This document shows positions 13,513 through 25,350 of a DNA stretch of 64,000 nucleotides, in pieces. This DNA is from Botryllus schlosseri (Eukaryota): the NCBI GenBank assembly GCA_051294905.1, contig CM119371.1, positions 29,886,001 to 29,950,000 of the forward strand, read 5' to 3'. The notes beneath the pieces are model-generated. The model was not told the origin of the DNA and ran no database searches. It was given only the letters and a program-made list of their open reading frames with translations. The first letter of the stretch is position 1, and the number at the start of each line of letters is the position of its first letter. The position numbers and the translations under genes are program-made.

Positions 13513-15829
13513 GTCTATAATGATGCTTGAGGAAACCACTACGACGGTTCAGAAATATTGAATTTGTACTAAGCTCCTTATAAATAGCGCGGTGTACATC
13601 ATTACAGGGGCGTAGCCAGGGTGTCTCGAGGGGATCTAGTTTGAGAACCACTGTGATAGCTGGTGGTCTGGATCCTCGAGCCCAGATTAGTATTTAGCAT
13701 TTCAAATACGTTGCAGCATTGTTCATCCTTATTTCAACAGGCCAGCACCTGCAGACATATGGTCGCATGCAGCCGTTAAACAATGTTTATGCAAAACATA
13801 TTAATTAAATTAGAGCGTGTTTTAGCGTCCGTTAATATGAAATTTGAATTAACGACTAGGTTCTCAAATCTTTGAGAGATTTTAAACTTGAAAATTTTAT
13901 TCACGCTTGCGCGATTCAGGGGACCAGGACTTTTCGCATTTCATATATAGTGTAATCTGAGTCCCACCGAACAAATGCAAACCGTAAAGGAAAATGATGA
14001 ATCCCATGAAGTAATACCAAGACGAATTCGTATGCGTGTATGCCTACACCCCCTCCATCAGCTCCATCGCTTAATCATTCACGTTTGCCAAGAATGGATA
14101 AATAGTTGACAGTAATATATGAAACTACTCATATTATAGACGAAATAAATTTTCCACGTGTAAAAGTTTTTAGCGCCCGCGCGACTACTGTTACAATTAA
14201 AAACTTCTATACGCAAGGTATACCTCAAGAAATCAGTGATGGCGCAGATCACCACAAGCGCTCTCCGCGGTGTGACGTTGCCAGTATCCAATTCGTCAGC
14301 CCCCCCTAAAATAACGTTGGTCTTGGGCCCCCATAGCGTCATAAACCAAACAGTAGACCCCTCATCACGGTCTACGTTTGAACCGCTACTTTGTCTGCGA
14401 AATTTGTTATACACGCTAGTGGGCTAGTTTATAGCGTAAGATCGCTCGATAATTTATGTTTATTCAAGAAATAATTTCGGGACCCCTTCGAGTTAGAGTC
14501 CCGATTATATGACGTCCAGATGGGCCATTACGACTCTACGCCGGAATGCGGTAGTATGCTATGTAAGGAATCGAAGCACGGCCGTGAATAACAAGGAGGT
14601 TGAACACCCCTGGTCTAGGCTTACTATACGGAATCAATGAGTTATCCGGTCAGGGGTGTACCAGCTTCAAGAAAACCTTAAAAGGGTGTACCACGACGAA
14701 AAAGGTTGAAGAGCACTGTGCTAGAGAAGGTGTTATTTCAATAAGACGTCGGCATACTGTGCGAATACCCGCTGTTTACGAGTCTTAGCAGCAAGGACAA
14801 CATCACCTGATAAATTTCGAAGCTACAGTTATCTGATGCAACCGTGACCAGAAGAGTAACAGCAATGTCAGTCGATCTTTTATCGCATGTTCTGAAACAC
14901 GTTGCCGCGCAGTGGCGGCTCGTGACAATATCGGGTGGTGGGGCAAGGGCTGCAAGCGACTTTTTATCAACATGACGTCACAATGGCGTTTTCCAACGTA
15001 AACAAGTGACTTGGTGGTACGGTAACACGAACTTCCCGACAACAGTGATTTTAACGTATGTGCCGCGAGAGGTCTGCCGGTGAGCTGTGACCAGAAGTGT
15101 GGTAACTGCGTAAACGGCGTACGGAACAAAGATTCGACACGGTTCATGTTCGCACTATACCTGACTAATTATCTGCAGAAATGGAAATGACTAACTCGAG
15201 AGATTGCGTAAGGTCATCGAGTTCGAACACATACGCAATTGTTATCTCCTAGATTGGACAATGGACATGTCATATTGAATCCAAAACATCATTCTGAAGA
15301 ACTACGGATAGCAGCCTCGGAAATTCGGTCCCGGTACAGCTTGGGAGATTTTGGCCTTGAGGCTGGAGACTGTCACACGACACATACGGCTTACGGTCTA
15401 TAGTGTCTATATGTCTGCTGCAAAATCGCCTTCGGAAAATATATTACCGAATAAATACGTGGATGAAAGCCGAAAACTAGGTACACTGTTACATGAAATC
15501 ATCGAGAAGCAGCCTCATCATGACCGTTTTCGGTATGGCACACTGTCAAAATTAATACGAACAGACCAACACCGAATTTTGCCTAAAATTTACTGAGGAA
15601 TAGGCTGATCAAGCGATCAGCTGCTGTTAGCCGCCATCGAAAACGAAACAGCTATCGCGCTTGACAGGGGTTGTAATTGTGAGCAAATGGCCTGAAGGCC
15701 ACAATTTCACGGTGAAATTGACATTAGAGAATATAAAATAAAACTAAATATTTGAATGCAAACCGAGGATGTTAGTAAACTGTTTCATGATATCATCTCA
15801 TCACCTATCTCAGTATGGAACACAGCGTT

Positions 15830-16450
15830 AACACAGATACACCGGCTTTTGCGTGAAATCCGCAATGCGTTAGGTAGGCTAAGTGTCAGATCAGCGCAAA
15901 TCTCTACCATACTCGACCTTGATAACGAAATTGCTGCCCTAATCATTGAGTGACAACCTTGAGACTTGGCACAGCGTTCGATACTAAAATCAAGACATAC
16001 CATGTAAAAGCTTATGACGGATCTAGCTTAGGAGCATCGTTAAAATCAATAGAGACCAATACCGGCTTTGCGTAAAATAAGTTTGCGATAAATGACGAGT
16101 CAGCTCTCACTCGACTTAGGAAACGAAATTACCACTAACACAGTTCAGTGTCAAACTTGAAACTTGGTACAGCGTTAGATACTAACATTAAGACTTACCG
16201 TACCAAATGTCATGACCGATCTCGGTATGGTACATCGTCAAAATCAATGGATACCAATAACGGCTTTTGAGTAAAATCTGTTTGCGATACATGACGGATC
16301 CGCACACACTCAACTTTGGAAACGGAATTACTACCCTAAACTTTGAGTAGAAACCCTGAAACTTGGGACAGTGTTAAATACCACCATCACGACATGACAT
16401 ACCAAGTTTCAAGAATTATCATGGTGTGAAACACCATCAAAATCGACCTA
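15830..16450. repeat. Three diverged tandem ~200-bp units
   Basis: Motif GA(A/G)ACTTGG..CAG(C/T)GTT...TAC recurs at ~15961, ~16159 and ~16358; CGGCTTT...GT(G/A)AAAT recurs at similar spacing. Confidence 0.6.
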
Positions 16451-17038
16451 TACCAGCAAAGGTCGACCAAACGCATACGACGGTAACCGAGTTCAGATAT
16501 AGATACGATTGTTACATCACACCTTAGGGGTAACCATGCTATGTTGCCCTACCTGCTCGGTAATTTTATGAATAGGAGAGAGTAAATCACTGTTTCTTTA
16601 TTGTGCGCGGCTTTGAGAGAATAGGAAGTGAAAGCTTGTTACGAGCGCTACCGGGGCATGCCCCGGCTAGGCATTCGCAAAGCGAAAAAACGGAAGAGAA
16701 TTCGATTTTCGCAGAGACTTCGCTATACATGGGCATTTACAAGCGAAAGGACAAGAAGTATACGATTTTTGCTGGGATTTCGGTACATATAGATTGTTGT
16801 GCGTCTATAAATGGTAAAGAATTGTTATTGAACAGAATTTTAGGTGGGGCAATGCCCCAGTTGCCCTATAGGACGAGCCGCAACTGTTGCCGCGTATAGA
16901 CTCACTTTAGCCACCTAGCATTGGACGAATCCTCCGACTTCACAGAAATTGCATAGCTAATTATCCAGCTGCATTTTATCAGAGTGGACATATTCGCAGA
17001 GGAAATGTTGGCAGGGCAAACGTGGGGATGGGACCAGC

Positions 17039-18653
17039 CCCAGGTAGCACGCCTACTTGGGTACCACAAGGTATCAAGGTGAGATGAATTGTGGTAACCA
17101 GCTGGGGAAACCAAGCGGGAACCGTACATTTTTGGCCCCATATTACAGAGGTATTTTCTGGGGGACCATGTGGGTAACCCACTTAGCTGGCAGCGAAGAC
17201 AATATTACGACCCCGGTCCTTGTAGCAGTGTAAGTGGGCCGAGAAGTCGACGTAGAGATGTGCTAGGCGATGTTAGATAAACCCTACAAGTTAGTTAACT
17301 TAACATTGTATAATGTACAGTACATACCTGGAACCTGCTACCTCCAATCACGCAAACCAATATATACGGTAATCTGAGTATATAATAACCTTTACGGTGG
17401 GTGAGTGAGGCCGTCATCACTGTTTAAGTGTAATCGTTGAGTTATATTTTCAACTGAACAAGACACACACAATGTACAATACGATAAGATAGAAAGCGAT
17501 GTAATGAACGGATAGGAGGATGCCGACCGACGCGCAGTTGCCGTCTTTTAGACTGACATCTACCTCGGCTTAGCGAGTGCCCGCCGTCACAGTTACTCTC
17601 GATGTTGATCATTTTCGAGGCCAGGGCCCTTGCTAGCGATTTCCATAACTTGTGTGTGAGTGAATTCTTTCGTCGAGTCATTCTCGGGTCTCATGTCGCA
17701 AGAAGAGGAGCCCGGACAAACCTCCGACGGGAGTCGAACCGAGGCCGCCCGATTCTTAGGCGCTTATCGTCACCAGTACCCGAATTCAATTCATATGGAG
17801 GTGGAATTCAATTTGGAAATGTCCCAGCGACCAGCATCGCAAATGAATAAATCGGAAACCGATTATTATATGACTTTACTATATAGATGAACAAACCTTG
17901 CTGAAGGAAAATATAAAAGAAGCATCTATTTCGGAAAACTACTCGGTCACATGTGGGAGCCGTATGAAAAGTCGACCATTCTTCATTGACGAAAATAACA
18001 AGTTCCAATTATTTGATCACAGAAATTTTACGAGTAAAATTAATCTTGAGTTAAAAATAATAGATACAGATAAGGGATAAAGGTAATGGGATCTACGCAA
18101 GAAAATTATAACGCACGCTGTGAGGAATTGAGTACTCTAGCAACGGAAATTTAAGTTCACTTCAGTGTGACAAACGGTCAATTTTAAATAGTTCAAATCA
18201 CATTGACGAGGTAAAGCATGGTAGGGGTTTTAATGTTCGAGGTTCGAGCAACCAACAGGGATAGCATAATAGCTAGAAAACTTTACTACATACGGAACCA
18301 CCTTTATTATTCGATGAAATAAACCAAATAACATTGATGGAAAATAAGGTTGGTTCCTGTGTGGGTGATATATGGGAAATCTGAGCTCCTCTATAAGTGG
18401 GTTTCTCATGTTTCAAGATGATTTGATATCAAAAACTCAACAAGTAAACCTTCCCCGATTTCAAATTGATAGGTACAATTAGAAGAGACTTATTGCAATC
18501 TACCTGGGATTGGTATGGTATAACCACGCATCTTTATGGATGGAAATCCCGCTTGGTTTCGATGTGGGTTACATGTTACTAACCCATTCCGATCATCCAT
18601 CCCACCTAACCACTTAAATTCCACCTGGATACCAAGTGGGCGTGCTAGCTGGG
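17039..18653. mobile_element. CACTA/EnSpm-like non-autonomous element (CCCAG termini)
   Basis: Imperfect TIR CCCAGGTAGCACGCCTACTTGG / CCAAGTGGGCGTGCTAGCTGGG, further subterminal inverted similarity (AAACCAAGCGGGA / TCCCGCTTGGTTT), 2-bp TSD GC. Confidence 0.6.
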
Positions 18654-18877
18654 GCGTAAATCATCAACTTGACCAAGATTACTTCTGTAAATATGGTGCA
18701 GGTCTCCAGGCATGGAAGGAAAGGAGAAGGGTTGATTGGTTTGCTCGGAAATGACCACGAACGCCGGACTTCTTCACATATCACTGAGAGCTCAAAGTGG
18801 CCGCTCACGAAAAAGTTACCGTAATTAAACCTTCTCGCTCACGCATTCAAACACGCAGTTCGGTTATATAGTGGAAG

Positions 18878-19493
18878 CATAGTGTCCTATATGGTGTCGA
18901 CACAAGCAAATCGCACGGTTCAATGAAATTGTATCACGTCACAGTTCCCATTTGGCTACAGGCAATTTGACGGTGATTTTTGACCGACTTGCCGAGCATC
19001 AAATTTGATAAAACGGGTATCAATCGAAAGCTGCCGCCGTACTGATTACGAAAATATAAATTTTATTCCGCTCGCGGCCCTGGAACCCCCACAATCAGCC
19101 TCTAATTTTTCATTGTTATGGAGATTGGCATTGGGACGCAACAATGCTGTCTGGCGAAACGACAGACGCAACAATACTGTCTGGCTCCCTTTTTCTCGAG
19201 CACCTGTCTCGTTTCGCTAGACAGCATTGTTGCGTCCCAATGCCAATCTCCATAACAATGAAAAATTCGAGGCTGATTGTGGGGATTCCAGGGCCGCGAG
19301 CGGAATAAAATTTATATTTTCGTAATCAGTACGGCGGCAGCTTTCGATTGATACCCGTTTTATCAAATTTGATGCTCGGCAAGTCGGTCAAAAATCACCG
19401 TCAAATTGCCTGTAGCCAAATGGAAACTGTGACGTGATACAATTTCATTGAACCGTGCGATTTGCTTGTGTCGACACCATATAGGACACTATG
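18878..19493. mobile_element. 616-bp palindromic MITE, P-superfamily-like termini
   Basis: Near-perfect ~290-bp inverted arms starting CATAGTGTCCTATATGG; 7-bp direct repeat GTGGAAG on both sides. Confidence 0.85.
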
Positions 19494-20510
19494 GTGGAAG
19501 GGTTGGTTGGCGCATATACCGAATTGGCAACGAGTGTATTGCACGCTTCATTACTAGCGCCGCTGGAAGAGACATATTCTAACAACAAACAGCAACCGCA
19601 AATTTACGAACGCTGTCCATTAATGCCTTAGACTACATATAAATATACTAAATGCCCGCATACGACTGGTAAATAGGCTGCATTAGCCTAAATTTGTTAG
19701 TAGCCTATAAATATATGACAATAATGTTCTGCGGCCCGCCGCGAATATTGCTGTTGAAATGCGTACCGTGATACAAGGGAAGTTGAGAACCCCTGCCCTA
19801 GGCAATGACATATATCATTGCCATAGGTCACAAAACTGTGCACTGCAATGTGAAGGGTTCCCTACTATTACCGAGAATGCTATTACCGAGATGGACATTA
19901 CCGAGAATGCTATTACCGAGAATGGACATTACCGAGAACGGACAATACCGAGAATGGACATTACCGAGAACGGACAATACCGAGAATGGACATTACCGAG
20001 AACGGACAATACCGAGAATTGACATTACCGAGAATGGACAATACCGAGAATGGACATTACCGAGAATGGAGAATACCGAGAATGGACATTACCGAGAATG
20101 ACATTACCGAGAATGCTATTACCGAGAATAGGTATTACCGAGAATGGCTATTACCGAGATTACTATTACCGAGAATGTCTATTACCGAGAATACTATCAC
20201 CGAGAATGACCATTACCGAGAATGGACATTAGCGAGAATGCTATTACCGAGAATGCTATTACCGAGAATGACCATTACCGAGAATGGACATTAGCGAGAA
20301 TGCTATTACCGAGAATGGACATTACCGAGAATGCCATTACCGAGAACGGACATTACCGAGAATGGACAATACCGAAAATGGACATTACCGAGAACGGACT
20401 TTGCCGAGAATGTATATTACCACATCATCGTAACATATTTGATGGGACTGACACTGTATGACTATGGTACCGAACAGTCAGTCAGGTTTATTAATATTTT
20501 CATCGTTTTT

Positions 20511-20740
20511 ATTATTATGTTCTTGGGATTGCTGTATGATACATGGTGGATCCGACCCATTAATGACTTTCAAGGAACACCGACATCTAGTTTTGTCGTA
20601 ATGAGTGCAAATCCAGTACGAGATGCCCTTTGACAATTTCGTTTTCCGAAATATGAATTCACCGACGGCAATTAAAACATATTTCCTCGTGGGGAAAGAA
20701 TATATTTTCCCAATATATTAGGACCTGATTGCTCCGCCAT
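20511..20740 (-). pseudogene. FLYWCH-type zinc-finger remnant (probable MULE transposase N-terminus)
   Basis: MAEQSGPNILGKYILSPRGN/fs/LIAVGEFIFRKTKLSKGISYWICTHYDKTRCRCSLKV...EHN; homologous to 27211-27440. Confidence 0.65.
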
Positions 20741-23022
20741 TTAGCCACTCACGTCTCTTAGCTGACCAACACTAGGGTTAGCAAATTCTGAAGACAGGAA
20801 GTTGACCCATTCAATAAGATAGATATAATTTCTACAACTGAATTGATACAGCAGCGTTGAAGCCGAAAATCGTTAAAAGGCATCTAGCGAATTGGATAAG
20901 CAATTTGGATCTGACTTCCCTCTGATATTTGCATCTGAAGGTTGGTGGTAATTCTTCGACCCATCCTGCTGCCAATTGTCAGCTATTGTGAGCGCTCGCT
21001 TCGCGTCGGAATTGGCCGGCATTTTAGCTCAATGTTGCGTGAATCGGAAAGTATAACACAAGTACATAATTAGCTGATAAATCGCGCACATGCTTTTCTG
21101 GGTCAACTCGGAATAACAAACAACAATGGCTTATTCCCGCTTATTAAAAGGTGTAATATTCAATCTCTACCAAAGAAGCTTCTCCATCTCCGAAAGACAA
21201 CCAAATTTTGTCTGCCCCATAGAAATGTACCAGTTCCACTGCGGTCATTGCCTCGAATATTTCAATGACTTCTTTATCTCGGAAGAGAAAGCGCACAAGT
21301 ACGACAAACGTGCGTCCACCTCTTCCAATTACTCTGGTCAACAAAATAAAAAATCTTTTTATAGGCAGAACATCTGAGAGCCGCTTTTGGGGTTTTCTGG
21401 GTTGCTGATTACGAATATCACATTCATTTTGTCAGATTGGCTCTTTTTCAGATGATATTTATACCCCTGAAAAAGCCCAAAATTACTGTAGTCACCCACA
21501 AATATTTCACTTGCTAGGAAGAAAATCGTAATTTTTTCTAATTTTATACTGCGCATAAATGACTATGATGAAACCTCATGTCGTTCTCAGTCATTCTATC
21601 AATATTAACATGACATGATGCGAAATATGTATTTGTCAAAAAAGCAGTTTGTGAAGCCTAAAAATTGTACTTTTGCACAACGGAAATACATATTCCTCTG
21701 TATCAATTGGTCATTCTACCAAGATTAAAGAGGAGTATAAAACTATAAAATTTGTCCTTGAAAAGCTTAACTGTAATATTAAAGTGCGTCTCATTTCTCT
21801 TGACTGGTAAATGGATAATTTTTCCGCTGAGTCAACAAAGTGGGTAGTAACCCTAGTAACCCTAACAAACGACAAGCTTAAATATGGTATCTGGTATATT
21901 CGAATTGGAAAGAAAGATTGCAATTTCACATTTGGAAGGAGTTTACTACATGTAATTTCTCTTAAGATGTAGTAAATAAAACCTTTTAGATGATCACAAA
22001 GCACCCAACTGCAAACAGTTGGTCCGAAAATTCGTAGCTGCATTTCAAAATCTTGAGCACAAACATGAGCCAAGAAACACCCCCTGGCTACGCGCCTGTC
22101 GCCACCCCATGCAAAAATAAAAGTCGGCACCTATATGCCTGATCTGACGTGTGGAACAGTACCCCACCGGATATCCGACAGTCGTCGACCATGTCTGCAT
22201 TCAAGTCGAAATACTAGCAATTTCTACTAAATGAATACTATAGTCTGCCCTCAACATTACCGGGGGACCACGACCTGACCTATCGATCACGCCTGCCGTG
22301 AATCTAGACCTGTGGTTCTCAACCGAGGTTCCGCGAAGCATTTTCAGGGGGTACGCGAAACCTCTAAATTTGCAAAATGATTTATAACCTAATATCAGGC
22401 AAATTGTGAGGCAGTTTCGCTTCATAAGTGCAAAAGCTTCAGTACTCACATCAACAGAACGGGGTTTGATATGAAATATACCGTAGCCTACTGTGCAAAC
22501 TCCTTTTAATTTCCAATAGCTCACTGATACTAACATTTTGCTGCTGAGAGATGTTATGTTGGGGTTTGTGCGAAGAAAAGTTAGAGTACTAAAAGATCAG
22601 TCAGGGTGACTTTGAAATGTTGGGATTTGAAGTTCTTTGTACCCGCAAAATTGTAGACAATAGTTTGGGATAGAAATTACAGACTATAAATCCCTAATCC
22701 GTCCCAGCAAAGTTATTGAAACCTCGCCACGAAGTATATTTTCCTCTGTGATACACAATATACATAACCCTCTAGATTTTCGAAAATCACTTCCTCAATA
22801 TTGGGGCCATATGTTGCGAATATATCCAAAGATATCGTCGGAAGCTTTTACGCGTTAATAGTATATTCGCGACCACCTATCTTTGAGGAAACATATTTTA
22901 GGCAGTCGTTCAGATCAAATCACAGGCGCGGATTTTCAAGCCACGGCCACGTATTTCAAAAAATGCAGCTACAGAATTCGTTTTGAAATATTAAAAGTCT
23001 ACCGAATTATGACATATATCAT

Positions 23023-24592
23023 CAGGACCGTAACTGCCGCACCCCAAACCCCCCAATTGGGGGGGGCCGAGCTCGAAGGGGGCCCAAAATTATTTCGTAA
23101 ATTAGCATAAATTATAGAGTATTTTTTTTGAAAATTTATGCAACTGCGCGCGATAAATGTCTTGACTTTTGGGTACTCTTCCCCCAGAAAAAATACGCAA
23201 GATTTATAGAAATGGGCATGTCGGCATTGGCCCTTACCGCGCCACGATTTAGCAAGAAATATAAAGTTTTAGGCCTTGTGACATGCGACTCCAAGAAGTG
23301 TGCCATGCAGAACGATCGGCAGCGAGAAAACCTTGGCCGAAAAGGACCGCCCTTATGCTGACCGAAAACTTCGTTATATATACAAAATACATATGGGTTT
23401 AATTGTCCATAGGTGCCTAAATGACTGGCGCCGAATGTTCCTGACTTGGCAATCTGAACCTCACAAGACAAATACCATCCCGCAGGGAAAAATTATATGC
23501 CAGTGAAGAAATACCAATTTGAAATCATGTGCGTCTTTTAGTTTAGTAGCCTACGTTTGGGCGATTCTATATATTTTGATATAGCAGACAGGAGGTCACT
23601 AAATAACATCATGTTACGGAGTTATACCAAAGGGCCCGACAGTTTCCAAGACACCTCACTCAACTCTACCGGTAAATCTGATTACGTGAGCAGAGAGGAG
23701 AAGAGATTGATAGGAATAAATATGCAATTCCCTATTTTATTGACCGACTTTATCATGAATTATCGGAAGTTTTCGCGCTTCGCGCTGGCTCACTGAACAG
23801 TGCGACTAATTTGGTGGCAAAAGCGAACAATGTGATTGGGGGTAGGTTTATCACCCTACGGTAGCCCAAGAAGCAAATTTTTTTTGGGGGGGCTGACGAA
23901 GTGCTGTTTCGTTCCTGCCAACGGGTATACGCCCGAAGGTGTTTAATTATTATTGAAGGGTCTTACCTTTTCAAACACTCCTCACCTGTAAATCTGATTA
24001 CGTGAGCAGTGAGAGGATAAAAATTGATAGCAACAATATGTGCAATTCCCGATCGTATTGACCGATTCAATCATGAAGTATCGAAAATTTTCGCGCTTCG
24101 CGCTGGCTCACTCAACACTACGGCTAATTTGGTGGCAAAAGCGAACAACGTGATTGGGGTAGGTTTATCACCCTATGCTAGCCCAAGACTCAAGTTTTTT
24201 GGGGGGGCCTGACGAAGTGCTGTTTCGTTCCTGCCAACGGGTATACGCCCGAAGGTGTTTAATTATTATTGAGGGGTCCTACCTTTTCAAACACACCTCA
24301 CCTGTAAATCTGATTACGTGAGCAGTGAGAGGATAAAAATTGATAGCAATACATATGCAATTTCCGATCATATTGACCGATTCAATCATGAATTATAGAA
24401 ATTTTTCACGGCTTGCGCGTCTAGGCGGGAAAGGCTGCCTCAGTTAAAGGCCCCAGTCTAGACGACAAGTATAGCGGGAAACAGCGGAAAGCGTGATGGG
24501 GGTCTGGGGGGCTTAAGTTAGTTTTATCATCATGTGGGGAACCCAAGACCAACGTTTTGGGGGGGGGCTGACGAAGTGCTGTTACGGCCCTG
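23023..24592. mobile_element. hAT-type element nested in foldback A, containing three ~315-bp tandem units
   Basis: TIRs CAGGACCGTAAC / GTTACGGCCCTG; perfect TSD TATATCAT; unit marker GTAAATCTGATTACGTGAGCAG at ~23672, ~23988, ~24304. Confidence 0.85.
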
Positions 24593-25350
24593 TATATCAT
24601 GGTGATATTTCAGGAAAATACAGTTTTTCCGGTTTAGCACTCTACAGTTAATGTGTGCACAAGACTGATGACGGTTGCATGATAATTGAGCTAAATTTGA
24701 CTTTACCTTGAGTCCATAAGCGCGAAGTTACAGCGTTATGCTGGTGCCCGACGTTCATCTTGATCTCCCCACGTCATACCATAAACACTCCTTGTAAGTG
24801 CACTTGGTGACATTTCACATCGCTTCATTTTCAACGGGTTCTCGTAACACGTGTAGCAAAACAAATCTAGGTCATTGCGACACTGTCTGTCTAGCTACAT
24901 CACTCATTTTTTAACATACGTAAATCAATGATGGAAAAAAATTCTCGGTAATAGCATTCTCGGTAATGTCCATTCTCGGTAATGGTCATTCTCGGTAATA
25001 GTATTCTCGGTAATAGACATTCTCGGTATTAGTAATCTCGGTAATAGCCATTCTCGGTATTAGTATTCTCGGTAATAGACATTCTCGGTATTAGTAATCT
25101 CGGTAATAGCCATTCTCGGTAATAGCCATTCTCGGTAATAGTATTCTCGGTATTGTCCATTCTCGGTGATGTCCATTCTCGGTATTGTCCATTCTCGGTA
25201 ATGTCCATTCTCGGTATTGTCCATTCTCGGTAATGTCCATTCTCGGTATTGTCCATTCTCGGTAATGTCCATTCTCGGTATTGTCCTTCTCGGTAATAGC
25301 ATTCTCGGTAATGGCATTCTCGGTATTGTCCGGATACGAATGTGAAGCAC

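Larger units (their letters stand above)
11976..14718. mobile_element. hAT-type element, outer shell of a nest
   Basis: TIRs CAGTGCTCTTCAACC / GGTTGAAGAGCACTG; perfect TSD TGCTAGAG; GGGTGTAC subterminal motifs at both ends. Confidence 0.9.
19856..25338 (-). mobile_element. Mutator-like (MULE) foldback element A with satellite TIRs
   Basis: 9-bp TSD AATGTGAAG (19847-19855 and 25339-25347); ends built of 16-17-bp ATTACCGAGAATGGAC units in inverted orientation (19866-20418 and 24942-25330); FLYWCH-like relic at 20511-20740. Confidence 0.85.

Noticed and set aside
19866..20418. CRISPR-like appearance and repetitive ORFs (ENGHYRE, LPRM) in the ACCGAGAAT arrays, also at 24942-26200 and 30391-30947
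   Set aside because: Units are contiguous 16-17-mers with no unique spacers and no cas genes; ORFs occur in all frames as a by-product of the repeat.
21126..21377. 83-aa ORF inside foldback A, vaguely like TE-associated protein fragments
   Set aside because: No motif I can support; left unassigned.
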